This document shows positions 13,586-37,163 of a stretch of DNA of 64,000 bases, in pieces; position 1 is the first letter of the stretch; each line of letters opens with the position of its first letter. The stretch spans positions 7,936,001-8,000,000 of the forward strand of contig CM120645.1 of NCBI GenBank assembly GCA_051362555.1, given 5' to 3'. The notes under the pieces were generated by a model, which did not search any database, was not told where the DNA came from, and saw nothing but the letters and a program-made list of their open reading frames with translations. Position numbers and translations under genes: made by a program. This DNA is from Lingula anatina. Taxonomy: Eukaryota; Animalia; Brachiopoda.

Positions 13586-15317
13586 TTATAAAGTACCAGT
13601 ACAGAACTGGCAGCTAGGAAAGTGTATTCAATTTATCAAGAACACAGGCAAGATGATCTTATTGTAAGAAAAGTTTTGCATAACTGCATGGGAAAATATT
13701 TTGATCCAAAAATTTTGGACTGCTGCCACCCCTCTCTGTTTCTCTCTCTCACTCGATCTCTCCATTTTGTCTCCACACATACTATCTCCTCAAATAGACA
13801 TACTGCTTTAAGAGATAGTAGCCCAGCTACTGAGAGCATATATGACACACCTGTCTAGCTAATTTGCTGCCTGGTCTAGCAGGTACCCTGTCCAGAAAAA
13901 CAAATGTTGATCTTTGTGATGTAATAATTTCTTCTCAATGGTTAAACGGCCAGAATATTATTGACCCATTAGATGTTGGGGTGTGTAATCAAACACACTG
14001 TGGATTTTGTGTGGGAGTGTTTGTAATTTAAACATATCATGCACCATATTGTAGTTTTGGGTTGCTATTTCAAACATAGCATGCTCGATATTCTAGTTTG
14101 GGGGTTTTCACTTGATGTTGTGTCTGTGCAACAATTGTCATCATTGTTTATGAGATGGAAAAAGTAAATGCAATTTTGTTCAGAAGAGCCTCGGCCTGCA
14201 GAAATCAGAATTAATTTCAGGGTGGATCCCTTCGTCTCATTTTTTAAATCCTCCCTGTACTCTACTTATCAATTATGTTCTGCTTAACTATAATTCAAAC
14301 TCATCATTTAACATATGTGCCCTTTTGTTTGCTGTTACTGAGGATTGGCTTTCAACATACCTGTGAAAGCAGTGACACTTCATTTATCTTGCTTGGATGA
14401 AAGTAACTCGATTTTTTAAATTAATTCAAGGAAATTATTGTCAAAATCATGAAAATGTGCAGATACAGTATTCTAATCTTACTTCCTGTTTAATTGTTCC
14501 TTTCAGAGAGATTTTTATTTTGGTAAAATGGTCATGATCTTCAGTTATTGGCACTGAATGAAAATAAGGTGTTTAAGCAAAGATGAAAAGGTCACTTTGT
14601 TCAGTAGACAGCATAATCCTAAAAAAAGGGAAAAAAATCATTTCAAAGCTCTGTTATGTGTTGGATATATCCCAGTGCAGCTATTGCATTTTAGATGACT
14701 TTCATAGATGGGTTATTTTTCTCAATACACAGCTACGAGTAAATCAATATGTCTTGATCTTGATTAATGAGCTTGTTCATTATTAATAACGGTAACTTTG
14801 ACATCTACAGTGAAATACCTGGTAGAAAAATGGTTGAGTCTGAAGAATGATCACTAATCTGCACCTAGGGAACATATGGCACTATTATAAGCAAAATTTG
14901 TGGTATTTTCTTTTTTTTAACAGGAATCATATATAGGGACATTTTTAGGAGCCAGTCAAAATATTATTACAATTAATTACAATTATTAGCCGAAACTAAT
15001 AAATTAAAATATCTATTGAAGTTATATGTATTTTAAGTTAATGTTACACTTTTTAAGTGAAGTTCTTTTTCATGCCATTGGTTAGATATAGTAATGGTTG
15101 AGTTTTTTTTCATCAGTTTTGTGCCTATAAAATTATGTTTCTGAAAGTTTGATAATTTTTGCCTATTGAAAAGATTGAGTCATTAGGCCTATAGTAATTA
15201 TATCAATTGAAATTCCATTTAAAATTTTCTTAATTAATTTAATTAATCTATTTTAATAATCAAAATGTTCAGCTGGTTTCATTGGTTACTGACTATGTCT
15301 GTCAATGATATTTTCAG

Positions 15318-15642
15318 ATTTGGACTATTACCCTGAAGAGACAGCCAATCATCCAAGCATAGCAATTAAACTTCAAAACTTTCAAGTTTTGAGCAAACCT
15401 TGGTGATTGTATGAGCAAATATAGCTGGTTGTTAAACAACTAGAGTGACTTTTATCACACAGAGGAATATAAACCAGTGGATTAAGTCTTCATCCACCTT
15501 GAGGCCCAGTAAGCGTGAGAAGGAAGAAAGGAGAATTGGAGAACACCAAAGTTCAGATGTGGAGCACAGATAAGAGGATTGCAATTAAGTCTATACATTC
15601 TGCCCCGTAATGAGAGGATTATGATTGTATTATTATGGACAG
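15318..15642 (+). other. Probable non-coding 5' exon of the shavenoid-like gene
   Basis: TTTTCAG acceptor before 15318 and ACAG|GTGAGT donor at 15642; further candidate donors at 12189 (AAG|GTAAGT) and about 12502; the first coding exon starts at an acceptor 3 nt before its ATG, so upstream exons are expected. Confidence 0.4.
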
Positions 15643-17458
15643 GTGAGTGCACATATCTGAATTGATTTTTTTTTTAGTCCAGGTATATGTGTTTGTGAAT
15701 TGCCAGTTTATCATGATACCAAGTATAGACTAGTAGCTCACCTAAAATATAGCTGCTCGCTCTAGAATATTATTTCTTTGGATACAATAAGCATAAAAAA
15801 ATCACATAACTGAAAGTGACACACTGATGAGCAATTAAAATAATAAAAGCAGTCTGACAATGATTTTGAATATATACATTTAATATAGCCTGATTTTAAA
15901 TTCAAATCATAATCGCACCAGAATTGCAGTGCTAACAGCAACAAAAAATTCAAATTTAGTAGTTATTATTGGTCATTCAGAGTTAAATATATGTACCATA
16001 TCCACTTCTGTTTAACATTTTAAATTACAAACTTATGGAGTCATAGAAAACATAGATAATTCTTTTTCATAATCCATTATCTTGATTGTCCACATGCAGG
16101 GTACATATCTGGACATTCACCTTTAGACACACAGTCATCATACCACTGCATGCTTTTGCTGTTAGTTGAATGACAGACTGTGAAAAAATAATGTGGTTTG
16201 TTAATTTGAGCACTTCATGTTAAACTTTTCAGTGTTGTGAACTATTTGGCACATTTTGATCTTCATGTGTTTGTTAAATCTGTCGTAAGTTCTCCCTTCT
16301 CTAGATATGCTGTGCAGTGTTGCGGCTTGGATAGACTGAGCTCTTTTCAAATTCATCAACGTTCAATATTGCAGAATACCAATTGTAATCGATCTTTTTT
16401 GTATGTGTGCATTCCTATTCTAGTTTTGGCAATGATTCAGAATTGACCAGTTTCATTTCTTTCTGAGTAGTTCATTATTGTTTAAGACAAATATGTTTAG
16501 TATCTTACTTCAGTGTAATTTACTTATTGACTATATTACAGATCAATAACACAAAGTAGCATATTTATTTACTAACATAACATGGAGTGCTATACATATA
16601 GATTAATCAATGAAGGAATGTATCTGAAAACAAAACAATAAAGAACAAGAAAGACCAGTGGTAAAACACATAGTGACAAAAGGAGTTTATTTTGCTTAAT
16701 ACTTATCATTGATTATGATTATGTACATAAAAAGTGACAATATTGCCTTGAAATTAGTATTTGGAATGTTTGCACAAATAAATTTCTGAATTGGCCTTTT
16801 CAAAGATTTCTTTTTTATTCTTATTTATCATTTATAAGTATCAATTGAGCTTTAAAATTTATACTTTTAACACTAATTATAATATGATTAATTTTACCTG
16901 GTGCTTTTTTATTTTATTATATTTATGTATTTTTTTTGTTAGATCTGAGTTGAAATACATAGCATCTAATCATTTAAGTTCACTAAAAAGTTTTGCTGCG
17001 CACAAAGTTCATGTCATTTTTTTCATCACGTTTCATCACGTCTCAGTATAAATTTTCAAAGCTGATTTATTATAATTAATAATAATATGCAAAATTATCT
17101 TTTTAAGGATTAAATTGATATGTATGTGGTGAAGCTCCAGACAATTTATTTGTCAAAATTAAAGTAATTATTTATAATCCAAACACTGACAAATTTTAGA
17201 ATGATTAAAAAAAAGAACAAATTTAAATTGATATTTCCAGAATCATTTTCAACATTAATATAAATGTGTATCTTCCTTCAAATATCATGATAAAAAGGTA
17301 GATTTGCATCAGAGAGAAAAAAATAAATGGTTAAATGAATTACCAATCTTTCTTATTGGCCAACTTGAAAGATGCAATAATTGCTGTCACTGATGATCAC
17401 AATTTTATGATAAATGTAAACAACACTTCTTTTTTATTTTTCTTCTTCTTTCCAGAAG

Positions 17459-20400
17459 ATGCCATTACTCATACTGAAGCTCCTACTCGTAATAAGTGTT
17501 CTTGTCAATAAAACCAACAGCATCACCATCACCAGACAGCTAGGCCAGGCAGACATATTCACTGTCCCAGATTGTAAGCAGGCAATCTGTGTGGCATACC
17601 AAGCCGAGGCATACAGGACATGTGAGTGCCAGTGTGACAGTGCGACACCCACATATTACGAGTCCCAAGAGATCTGTATCAGTAAACTCACTGGTAAGAA
17701 TTTTAATGATTTTAGTAATTGATTCATCCTGAATATTGTCACGAGTCTCACCTGATCATAACCACAGTGCTGAATTCAGCCCCAGTACTTTCCAAAATGG
17801 AGAGAAAAATTTAGACACACCCTGAGGCATAGAAAATACATGCTTTATGCACTTAGTATTGCAAAATACCCCAAAGTGCTCCGTTTTTTCTCGGTTTAGG
17901 GTGGAGATTAGGACAATATTTTTGTATTCTTCTGCTATTTAGAACACTATTCATGTTAGGTGACAAAAAGAAACCAAAATTCAAAGTAGACTTAAATATC
18001 TGTTTGTGTCTGTCTGTCACTGTCCAATGAATTTAAAACATAACCCATTGTGTTGTACATTTCTTGAAGGCACCAGCACACCCACTCATCTTCACCACAC
18101 CTAACAATTACCCAAAACATAGTCAATACTGAATACTTAAAATAAGAATATTGATTCAGTTTTCACACACTTTAAACTGGCTAAACCCCAAAGGTCAGAC
18201 ATATCTTATATGAATCACATATATTTCTTTTCTCATAACTTCAAAACCACGACCCTTGATAAAAAGGGCAGCAATTAATTTGGGAGGGGCAAAAAAATCT
18301 TATTTGGTGACTTATGCTTTGGTGGAACCCTGTTATAAGAAATCTGGAGTCCTCCCATGTTTAAAGCTAATTGGGCAGAAATTTCTATTTTGGTATAATT
18401 AGGTGTATAATACCTGCTTTTTGATACCTTTGGCTGATCCAGTTTCAAAGTTTGAACCATTTTACATGATTTAAAAAGCCTATACATAAAATTTAATTCA
18501 CCTTTCAGAGTGCCAAGACATATACTTGAAAGACAGAATAGATAGGATAGTGCCAGTTGTTTTACCTCTAACAGGGCAGACAGTTGCACCATATGTTCCA
18601 TTGTACAGAAAAGGTAATACTGTATTGTTTAAATGAGCAATAACTTTGGCTCATAACATATATTTTAACTTCAATTAAGTATTGATAGCTAACTGATTTA
18701 AAAGATGTTTAATATGCAAGACATGATGTGGCAAAGATTCTAGGACAATTCCCCCCCGGACAATTCCCCCCCGGACTATTCCCCCCGGACAATTCCCCCC
18801 CAGGACAATTCCCCCCTGGACGATTCCCCCCCCCAAGAAATATACATTTATATACAAATATAAAGTAGAAAGTGTAAAGTTAAAAAAATTTCTTCCTTTT
18901 TATTGATATTTTTAGTGTGAAAATACAGCTTCATCATGAAACAAATTATTTTATAACAAAGTCCTTTTTCATTGAGTACAAGTACAGAAAGATTGATTAA
19001 ATATCTAATCAAAGTATAACCACCTATCCTTCAGGTAAAGGTGGGGTAAACAGATGAACAGGTAAACAGATATTTTATGATTATTTTTAGTGTGGTGGGT
19101 GGTGGATAATGGTCAAGCAATTAAAAGTGACAAATAGTCAAAGGGATACCTGGATAAGCGAGAAAATCTGTTTACCCCACCTCTATCTAGAGGTGCACCT
19201 TGATTCAAGACTTACTTAATCAAGGGGGGAGGGTAATTAAGCAATTAAAAGTAACAGTTAATTCATCAAAGGGTTACCTGGATGAGTGAGAACATCTGTG
19301 TACCCCTCCTTTACCTGGAGATATACTTTGATCAGATTTTTAATAAAATGTTCTGTACTTCTCCATTAAAGTAATTTGTTTAATGAAATTAATATTATTT
19401 ATCCTCCAGTTGCATCATCACACTAAGAAATATTCAGAAAATGGATAAAAAGATTTGAACTTTGTACTCTTTACTTTATATTTGAATATAAATATATATA
19501 ATTGGGGGGGGGGGGGAATCGTCCGGGGGGGAATTGTCCTGGGGGGGAATTGTCCGGGGGGGAATTGTCCGGGGGGAATAGTCCGGGGGGGAATTGTCCG
19601 GGGGGGAATTGTCCTGATACCGTGGCAAAATGTAAAATTGTTCTGTTTCTCTTTCAGATATTGCAAAAATTGCAAAATTCCCACTTATATTGAATATTTC
19701 TATAAAATTTTAAGTTTGTGACAACATGATATTAATTTATCGTCCTTTTGATCAGTGTCAAATGATTTATGTCATAATTATCAAAATTTCAGACACCACA
19801 AATTCAAGAATACTGTTTAATTGTTTAATCAAATTTAATTGTTCCAGATGGCTCTTCCCTGAGTCCCTTGGGTCAGTATTCTTGTTCTTTGACCTCTGTG
19901 CTTCATTTGACCAATGACGGTTGGATCACATTTAGCAATCCACAGAGTAAAGTCGGATTTATCAGCTACAAAAACGAGAGAGATGGGAACATCTATTTAC
20001 AGGTATGTGGATTCATTGCCAAGTTTGATTGTGTGTACTGGTCACAGATGCATGGGTTTGATTGCAAGTATGAACTCTTTATTTGGGTGGATGGGGAGGC
20101 AAAGTCAGTGAATTTAAGGAAAATTTCTGCACTCTAAAAGATAATGGAAACATTTTAAAAGTTTAAATAAGTGGCCATGGCCGGTTGGGCACAGTTCTGA
20201 CTTTTTCAAGTTTTTAGACTTGTACTATATTGACATACTGGGGCCATAGCAATAGTTTGAAGGTTCATTGGTTGAAGGTTCAATAATCTCAATTAATGCA
20301 TGGATAAAGTGTATAGTGTACTGGTAATGCAGCAAAGTTCATCAAAGGTGTGTGCATATGATTTATTGGACCAATATGAACCTTAGGATTTTCGAGATCC

Positions 20401-23400
20401 TCGATATACTACATGTATATTATTTGGCTGCTATCTTGATTTCTTGTCTTCCAGTGGAAAGGTGATAGTGAGTTAGCAGCTCAGGTGACCGGGAGACTGG
20501 TAAAGATAGCCTGGGAGTGTTCTCAGTTTACACAGGAACAGTGTATTACAGTGAAGATTACAGGAACACAGGGTAAAGATGTGACAGAATTCAAATATTT
20601 TGTTTAAAAAATAATCATAAAACAGTCAGTGAATCACATGTAGGATTAATTTTGTGAATATACACAAACAGAGCAAATAATTGCATGGGATCAGATTCAT
20701 TAACAACATAACTGAATAGAAACTGCATGATACACAGGCCCGTAGCCAGCAATTTCAAAAGGGGGGTTCTTTTTCTGAAAAAGTGGACCTTTTCCCATAA
20801 AAACTTCATGTACCTAGCTCAAATTTTACCCAGAGTGGACCTTTTCCCAGCAAAAGGGGCGGTTCTTTCGAACCCCCCCTGGCTACGGGCCTGATACAGA
20901 AAGTGGTGCTTGAAAAGATTTATTTCTTGTATTTTACCATATGTACATGTATAATTTACATATAAAATTGCTTATATTCAGATACAGAAGCCATGGCAAC
21001 TCTGACCAATGAGCAGTTGATTCTCATCATCAGTGGCATCGTAGCATTTGTCGTCCTTGCCATAGCTGTGATGGTCTGCGTTTGTGTTATACTGCACAGG
21101 AACAGGAAAGATAAGCAAAAGCTCATCAATTCCACCCTAAGCAAAGAAATGTTTGTTCTGAGGTCACCTGGGGAGGTAAGTAGGTCAAGGTCATTATGAG
21201 GTTGATATTTGACCTTGTAATTTGAAGTAAAAGGTCAATGAAAAATTTTCCACATACGACTGTAAGTGTTTTCAATGATCATCAGTTTCAGCTTTATCAA
21301 TGGGTATTAGACAATATGATAGTTCTTATGTATATATTTGACCGCAGCTGCATATATAAAGTGACTTGACGAAGTTGTTTGTACCTTATATCTTACAGTA
21401 CCCTACTGGCTCAGTAGGCAGTGCAGCCAATCCTCACACTGGGGATAAAATTCAACTCATAAATGGAGCAGATACTTTTCCCAGGGTGAAAACCACCCAT
21501 GAGAAAGTAGGTTGTTTTCTTTGGTGTGATGAATATCAACTGTAAGAACGCTAACACACAAGTAAATTTCAAAGACTAAAACCACCTACTTAAATTTATT
21601 TGCAAGATATAGATATTGTATTACTTACAGGTAGAAGTGTAACATGTTGTGCATAATTGTTTTTTTTTTTTCTTCAAACTTTTTGTTTTCCTTTTTTTTT
21701 TTTTTTTTGGAAAATAATTGAAATGTAACATTTTTCAAAACAGAAATACTACAAAAAGGGAGAACAGAGGGTAATTGAGCGTGTCACTCCAGACGGACAA
21801 AGCGTGGAAGGCAGAACAGTTTACGATGTGCGCCATTACTACGACAGCTGGCACAGAATGCAGAATAAATTTGGAAGCCAGTATAAAGCTGGTGTTGCAA
21901 CGGTGATGAGGCCAGAGCATCACATGGCTCTGGATAATTCAGAGCTGTCATCTGAAGCAGCTGCCAACCTGGCAAATCTGTGGTCTGGGGGGCCTGGAAG
22001 TTCTGGTTCTAGCCCAGAACGCCATCAGGATGGAGGAGTAGTGAATGAGGGATACATACCATATGATGGAATGGCTGTGAGCATCCCCACCTCAAATCAC
22101 AAAGAAAGTTCCCCAGGTCACAAGAGTGCAGCCTTATTCCAAGCACCAGATGATGGTCTAAACTCCATGTCTTTGGAGAAGGTGACTTCATTTTCTAAGG
22201 ACGGCACATCAGCTGTAACAAAATGCAGCAAAAATCATAGCACAGTGGAAGTGTCTGTGGATTTTTCCAGTGACACCTCAACAATGCAATCCCAAGATGC
22301 TGCTCAAAAGCGACAACGTCAAGACAGGACCCCTCCTCCACCCGCGCCTCTAAAGCCCAGTCTGAAGAAACCCAGTCCAGCACGTGAGGAAGCAGACACA
22401 TCCACACAGGTCAAAGTCATGGCAGATGTCCACTCCTCCAGTCAGATAGAGAGGGAGGAACACAGAAATGCTTCATTACGATCCAATGGGCACGGACGCC
22501 CCTGGACAGACAAGAAAAAAGACACAGACAACAGAGTGGCAGCTGCAGTGGCCAAAATTAACAGTAAAAACAGTAAAAATAGTAAAAAGGACATTAACTC
22601 TAGGAATTATGTTCCTGAGAGATATGACATTCCTGTGACAATTATTGATCTCCCCGACGGAAATGGTGATATCTCAGTGTCCCCAATTCAAGGGAACCCT
22701 GGTGACGATGTCCCTGTCACCGTCATTGACTTGCCAGATGAGCAGTCGTCAATATTTAACGACAGCAACTGGAGCTACTCGATTGAAGCCGAAAACAAAG
22801 ACACTCCTTTGCAAAGAGAACAGAGGAAACCAAAGAATCATGGTGACTCGAAAAATCAGAGTGATCCTGGGTCACCATCATGGCGACCAACTGTATTGGG
22901 TTATCCGTGGACACGGACTGATTCTAATGATACCAGTGATAGTGTGCAAATTGGGCCTGGGTCTATGCAAAGAGTTATGACAAGCACACCTCGGAGAGAT
23001 GCTCCCTCTCCACCATATGAAGATATGACTCCGTCCTTTCCACAGAACAGTGTAACTGACACTGGAGTGGATAATAACGATGCACCATCATCTATTGAGA
23101 CTAATGATATTGCCAAACCTTCCTTGAATAATTTAGACACATCACCAGATGGTGCTGCAATTGTGCCTCAGCAGATGACCAATCATCATGAGTTTAACAT
23201 TCCTACTTCAACAGCTGAGATTCCAGCCAGGAGGAGCCCTGTTCCTGCCAAGAAGAGAAAACCCCAAAAGAAATCAATCTTCAACTTCAAGGGTGGAAAA
23301 AAAGACAAGAAGGAAAAACAACATAAAAAGGGGCATGGATCTAAATCTGACTCTAAATTCGACCCCTCTCATGCGGACAGAGTAAGGATAAGTACCGATC

Positions 23401-23714
23401 CAAGTCCAGTTCGCTCTGACCAATCATCTTGGATGAATCCGTCACCAGTTCCAGACCCAGCTGGGCCTGTGCTTGTTAAACGTAATGGCGAATTGATTGA
23501 TAGAAGCTATGCACCTTTGGCAGGTAGAAACAGTCTGAGTGCAGATGAACTGGAGAGATATCAGGCAGGGGTGGGGATACCTCCAGCAGACATGGAACGT
23601 GACATTTCAGAGAAGAGGATGCCATCTAGTGGAAAGAGCTCTCCGAGTGGTTCAGGAAAAAATAAGAACCTTTCCTTTGGTGTTGTTGAGTTTATACCAA
23701 ATCAAAACATGTAA
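17459..23714 (+). CDS. Type I transmembrane protein, shavenoid-like, about 925 aa
   Basis: Exons 17459-17693, 18509-18613, 19848-20002, 20455-20572, 20982-21175, 21744-23714 (2778 nt, phases consistent). Signal peptide MPLLILKLLLVISVLV, Cys-rich N-terminal module (DIFT..C...C..CECQC...PTY...C), TM helix LILIISGIVAFVVLAIAVMVCVCVIL followed by basic HRNRK, and a long S/P/D/K-rich tail. The shavenoid assignment rests on recalled resemblance; the gene structure is better supported than the name. Confidence 0.75.
18736..19621. mobile_element. Foldback-type non-autonomous DNA transposon with long imperfect TIRs
   Basis: Left end has (GGACAATTCCCCCCC)n and right end the complement (GGGGGGGAATTGTCC)n; inverted similarity continues about 300 bp inward; 8-bp direct repeat GTGGCAAA at 18728-18735 and 19622-19629. 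Confidence 0.85.
20735..20893. mobile_element. MITE with CAGGCCCGTAGCCAG TIRs
   Basis: Perfect 15-bp TIR; ATACA duplicated on both sides (5 bp); related to the element at 53313-53883 and a fragment at about 39887-39940. Confidence 0.85.
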
Positions 23715-26383
23715 CTTTGAGGTGTTTACCTGTATAAAAGTGATTAAAAGGTGTACTTTAAACAGGAAGTGATATTTTAATATCGGAAGTTATAAACTGT
23801 AGTCAAATAATATACATTACATTGTTCTATTTTTAATGTACATGGCTTTTTATAGTAATATTGTAGAATACTCAATTAAAACTCTAAGAGTATTTTCATG
23901 TATCAAGTTCAATTAAAATTGAAATACTATGACAGTTACCTATACTTCAGTGGTAAAATAGTTTATATTCATTGTTACATTGCTAAATCAAGTACTAGTA
24001 TCTAGTAAACAAAATAAGACATTGTAGTCCAGAATACATGTACAATTTAAGTTTCACCCTTTTACTGAATAATTTTTATTTACTTATTCTGGTCCCAATT
24101 GAAGCTTTATATCATATATAACTTTAATGTAAACGAGATGTATACTTGTGGTTTGGACTGATTTACACCAATTCTTAAAATATACCTATGAAACTTTGCT
24201 CAGTTATCTCTTCTGTAGAATAAAACACTATTAAACATATGGCCTTATTGCCACAGAAGACATATGGTGTATAATTTAAATTTATGTATAATTAATAGAA
24301 TATTTCTATTGTTTTGTGATTTATTTTAGAAATGATTTTAAATGAGATTAGACAGATATTAAATAATTACATAAAATCAGGTTATTGAGATTAGATCAAT
24401 GTCACTGTAGAGATTTTTCTTTTATAAGTTTCACAAATGAGATTGTAAATATTATAATTATGCCTAGGATATATATTTTAAAGTGGATTGTTTTCCCAGA
24501 GTTTGCAAGTTAAAGAGATCCAATTAGATAACCTTAAAAGTGAACTGATATTATGTTAAATATCTATTCAGAAACTGATTGTCATCAATGCCAGTCCATA
24601 GACAATGTAAAATTCAGCCACAAAATAATAACATGTTATCCATATCATTGCCTGCATACTTTAGAATGCAACTAGCAAGGGTAGACTGTTGTTTATTGTT
24701 TTAATATATTTATCTTTAGTTTATCTGTGATCTCTCAACAGCATTTTCTTTGATTACATTTCATTGTGTTAGCTGTGTTAAATGAGTAAAGTAATATGAT
24801 CTCCTGAGGCCAAAGAGCTCAAGTTGAAAGTTGGCCTCAATTTTAAGCAAGGAAACCAATCTAATTTGACCCAGGATAAGTTTGTATTGGTTCCCTTATA
24901 TAAGAATATTGGGGCAGTTTCACGAAGTAGGAGGTGGCAAACTTTTTTACTTTGACAGTTGGTATTTTATTGAACTACAGAACAGATTTATATCCTGCTT
25001 CAAAGTAGACAAGACTAACTTTCAAGTTAAGTTTTGTGAGACTGAGTGTTCCCTGCTTGAACTGTCCCATAAAAATATAATACAATTATTGCTCAATAAA
25101 TAAAATATTGAAAAAAAAAACATTTATTAAAAGTTTGTTAACATATTTCTTAATCTTTATCCAAAATGAAGACATCATAAGGCAATTATAATAAAACCTA
25201 GTCCCAGAGATGGAAAGCATTTTTAACAATAATGTAAGGATAAAATGTTTTTCTACCTTCAATTCTACTGGCATTCAGCAGGCTAACATCACAGACTAAA
25301 GATGCATCATTTCTAAGGATGAGTAAAGATTTTTTGAAAATTCAAAATGCCATTTTAGTACATATTTACACTGAACTGTTTTCAATTTTCTACTCTCAAT
25401 AGTTACAATTATGAGCTAATATGCTGCCTGAACAAGTAGATTCAATTACACCTAATAAGTGCTTGATTAAGTGTTGACTAGTTCTTGTAACCAGATATCT
25501 GGAAAAACTTCATCAGCGAAGCCCATTTACAAATAATTCTATCATACATCACAATGCTATAAGAACATGTTTCCTGATTCTGCACTTCTTCAACTATTAT
25601 GCATTTAAAATTCTAATGACATGAAATATATGAGCAGAAAAAAGATGAGTCACACTAGGAAGACAATCTACAGGTAGTAATAAAAAGTTGGCATAAAAAT
25701 AGTAAATTTGTTACATTTACAAAAATAGAAGATAAGATAAAACAATAAAGGACTGACCCTTATCTTTACTGGTAAAATCGTATTTTAACCATGGTGCTAC
25801 TAATAATTCACAAGCCTGTTTTACTGGTACAAAGTTATGTTTGAATGGTGAAGAACAGCAGAACATTGTAATGGACTTTCCTGGTAAATAATGTAAGGAA
25901 TGACACAGCATTCTAGGTGTTCCCATTTTATGTCATGATTTGCAAAAACAGGCTGGAAGATGTGGTGAACCTTTGATATTTTTCTCTGTGCTTATAGATG
26001 GTTTGAGCATTATGTCAGAGAGTGCCAAGGTGGCGAGAAATTACAATCAATCCTACAGGATAATTCCAACCATTTTCAGAGTAAAATAAATAAGTCAATA
26101 ATAAACCATCTGAAAGATCCTTCAGGTATAGATCATTTATATCACTTCTAGGCAATATTCTAGATGACCAAGTGGTCATGACGCAGCTTTTGTGAACTGT
26201 GAACATCTGGTCGCCTGCAACAAATTACATCCAATTAAAAAGTTAAATATGCAAACCATCAATAAACCCAGACATACTATCATGATGTCACAGTAATAGC
26301 ACAAGGCAGGTGGTCCAAACAATGTTCCATAAAAGGCGGGATGCTGCAGAAGATCTGATATACATGAGTGGAAGAGGGCCCTC

Positions 26384-36806
<10,423 letters not shown>

Positions 36807-37163
36807 AGCCCTTTCCTTATTCTCCTAAATCAACCGCAAGGTGTCTTGATGGCAAGGCAGCCCATAGTTTTGTTAATTTTTCCCCAAAAAAGAGTAAAGG
36901 GTTGTGCAGTTTGCCGTTTTTGAAATATAAGTTGTTTTGCATGGATATGTGTTTCTTTTTATTCACGTTTTGACGTTTATAACTGACAAACTTATGGTTT
37001 GTCTTATTGGTTCGACTTTAGTTTATCTTGATAACTTAGGAAATCTCTCCCTTCTGTAGCCTCGCTCTGGCACTAGATGTTCATTATTCATTCCTTTCCG
37101 TTATTCTCGAAATCGAGTCCATAGCCTGCAGAGTCAAAACAAATAAGTTCAGTCCAGCAGGAA
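36807..37163. promoter_or_regulatory. Probable bidirectional promoter copine/CERK
   Basis: Only 357 bp separate the two divergent start codons (36806 and 37164). Confidence 0.65.

Noticed and set aside
18070-18130. Candidate extra exon in the shavenoid-like gene after TTGAAG
   Set aside because: In-frame TAA in the required phase; the exon at 18509 continues the frame cleanly.
18675-19721. ORFs with GGIVRGG / PPRTI repeats resembling Gly- or Pro-rich proteins
   Set aside because: Translations of the tandem motif in the foldback element's TIRs.
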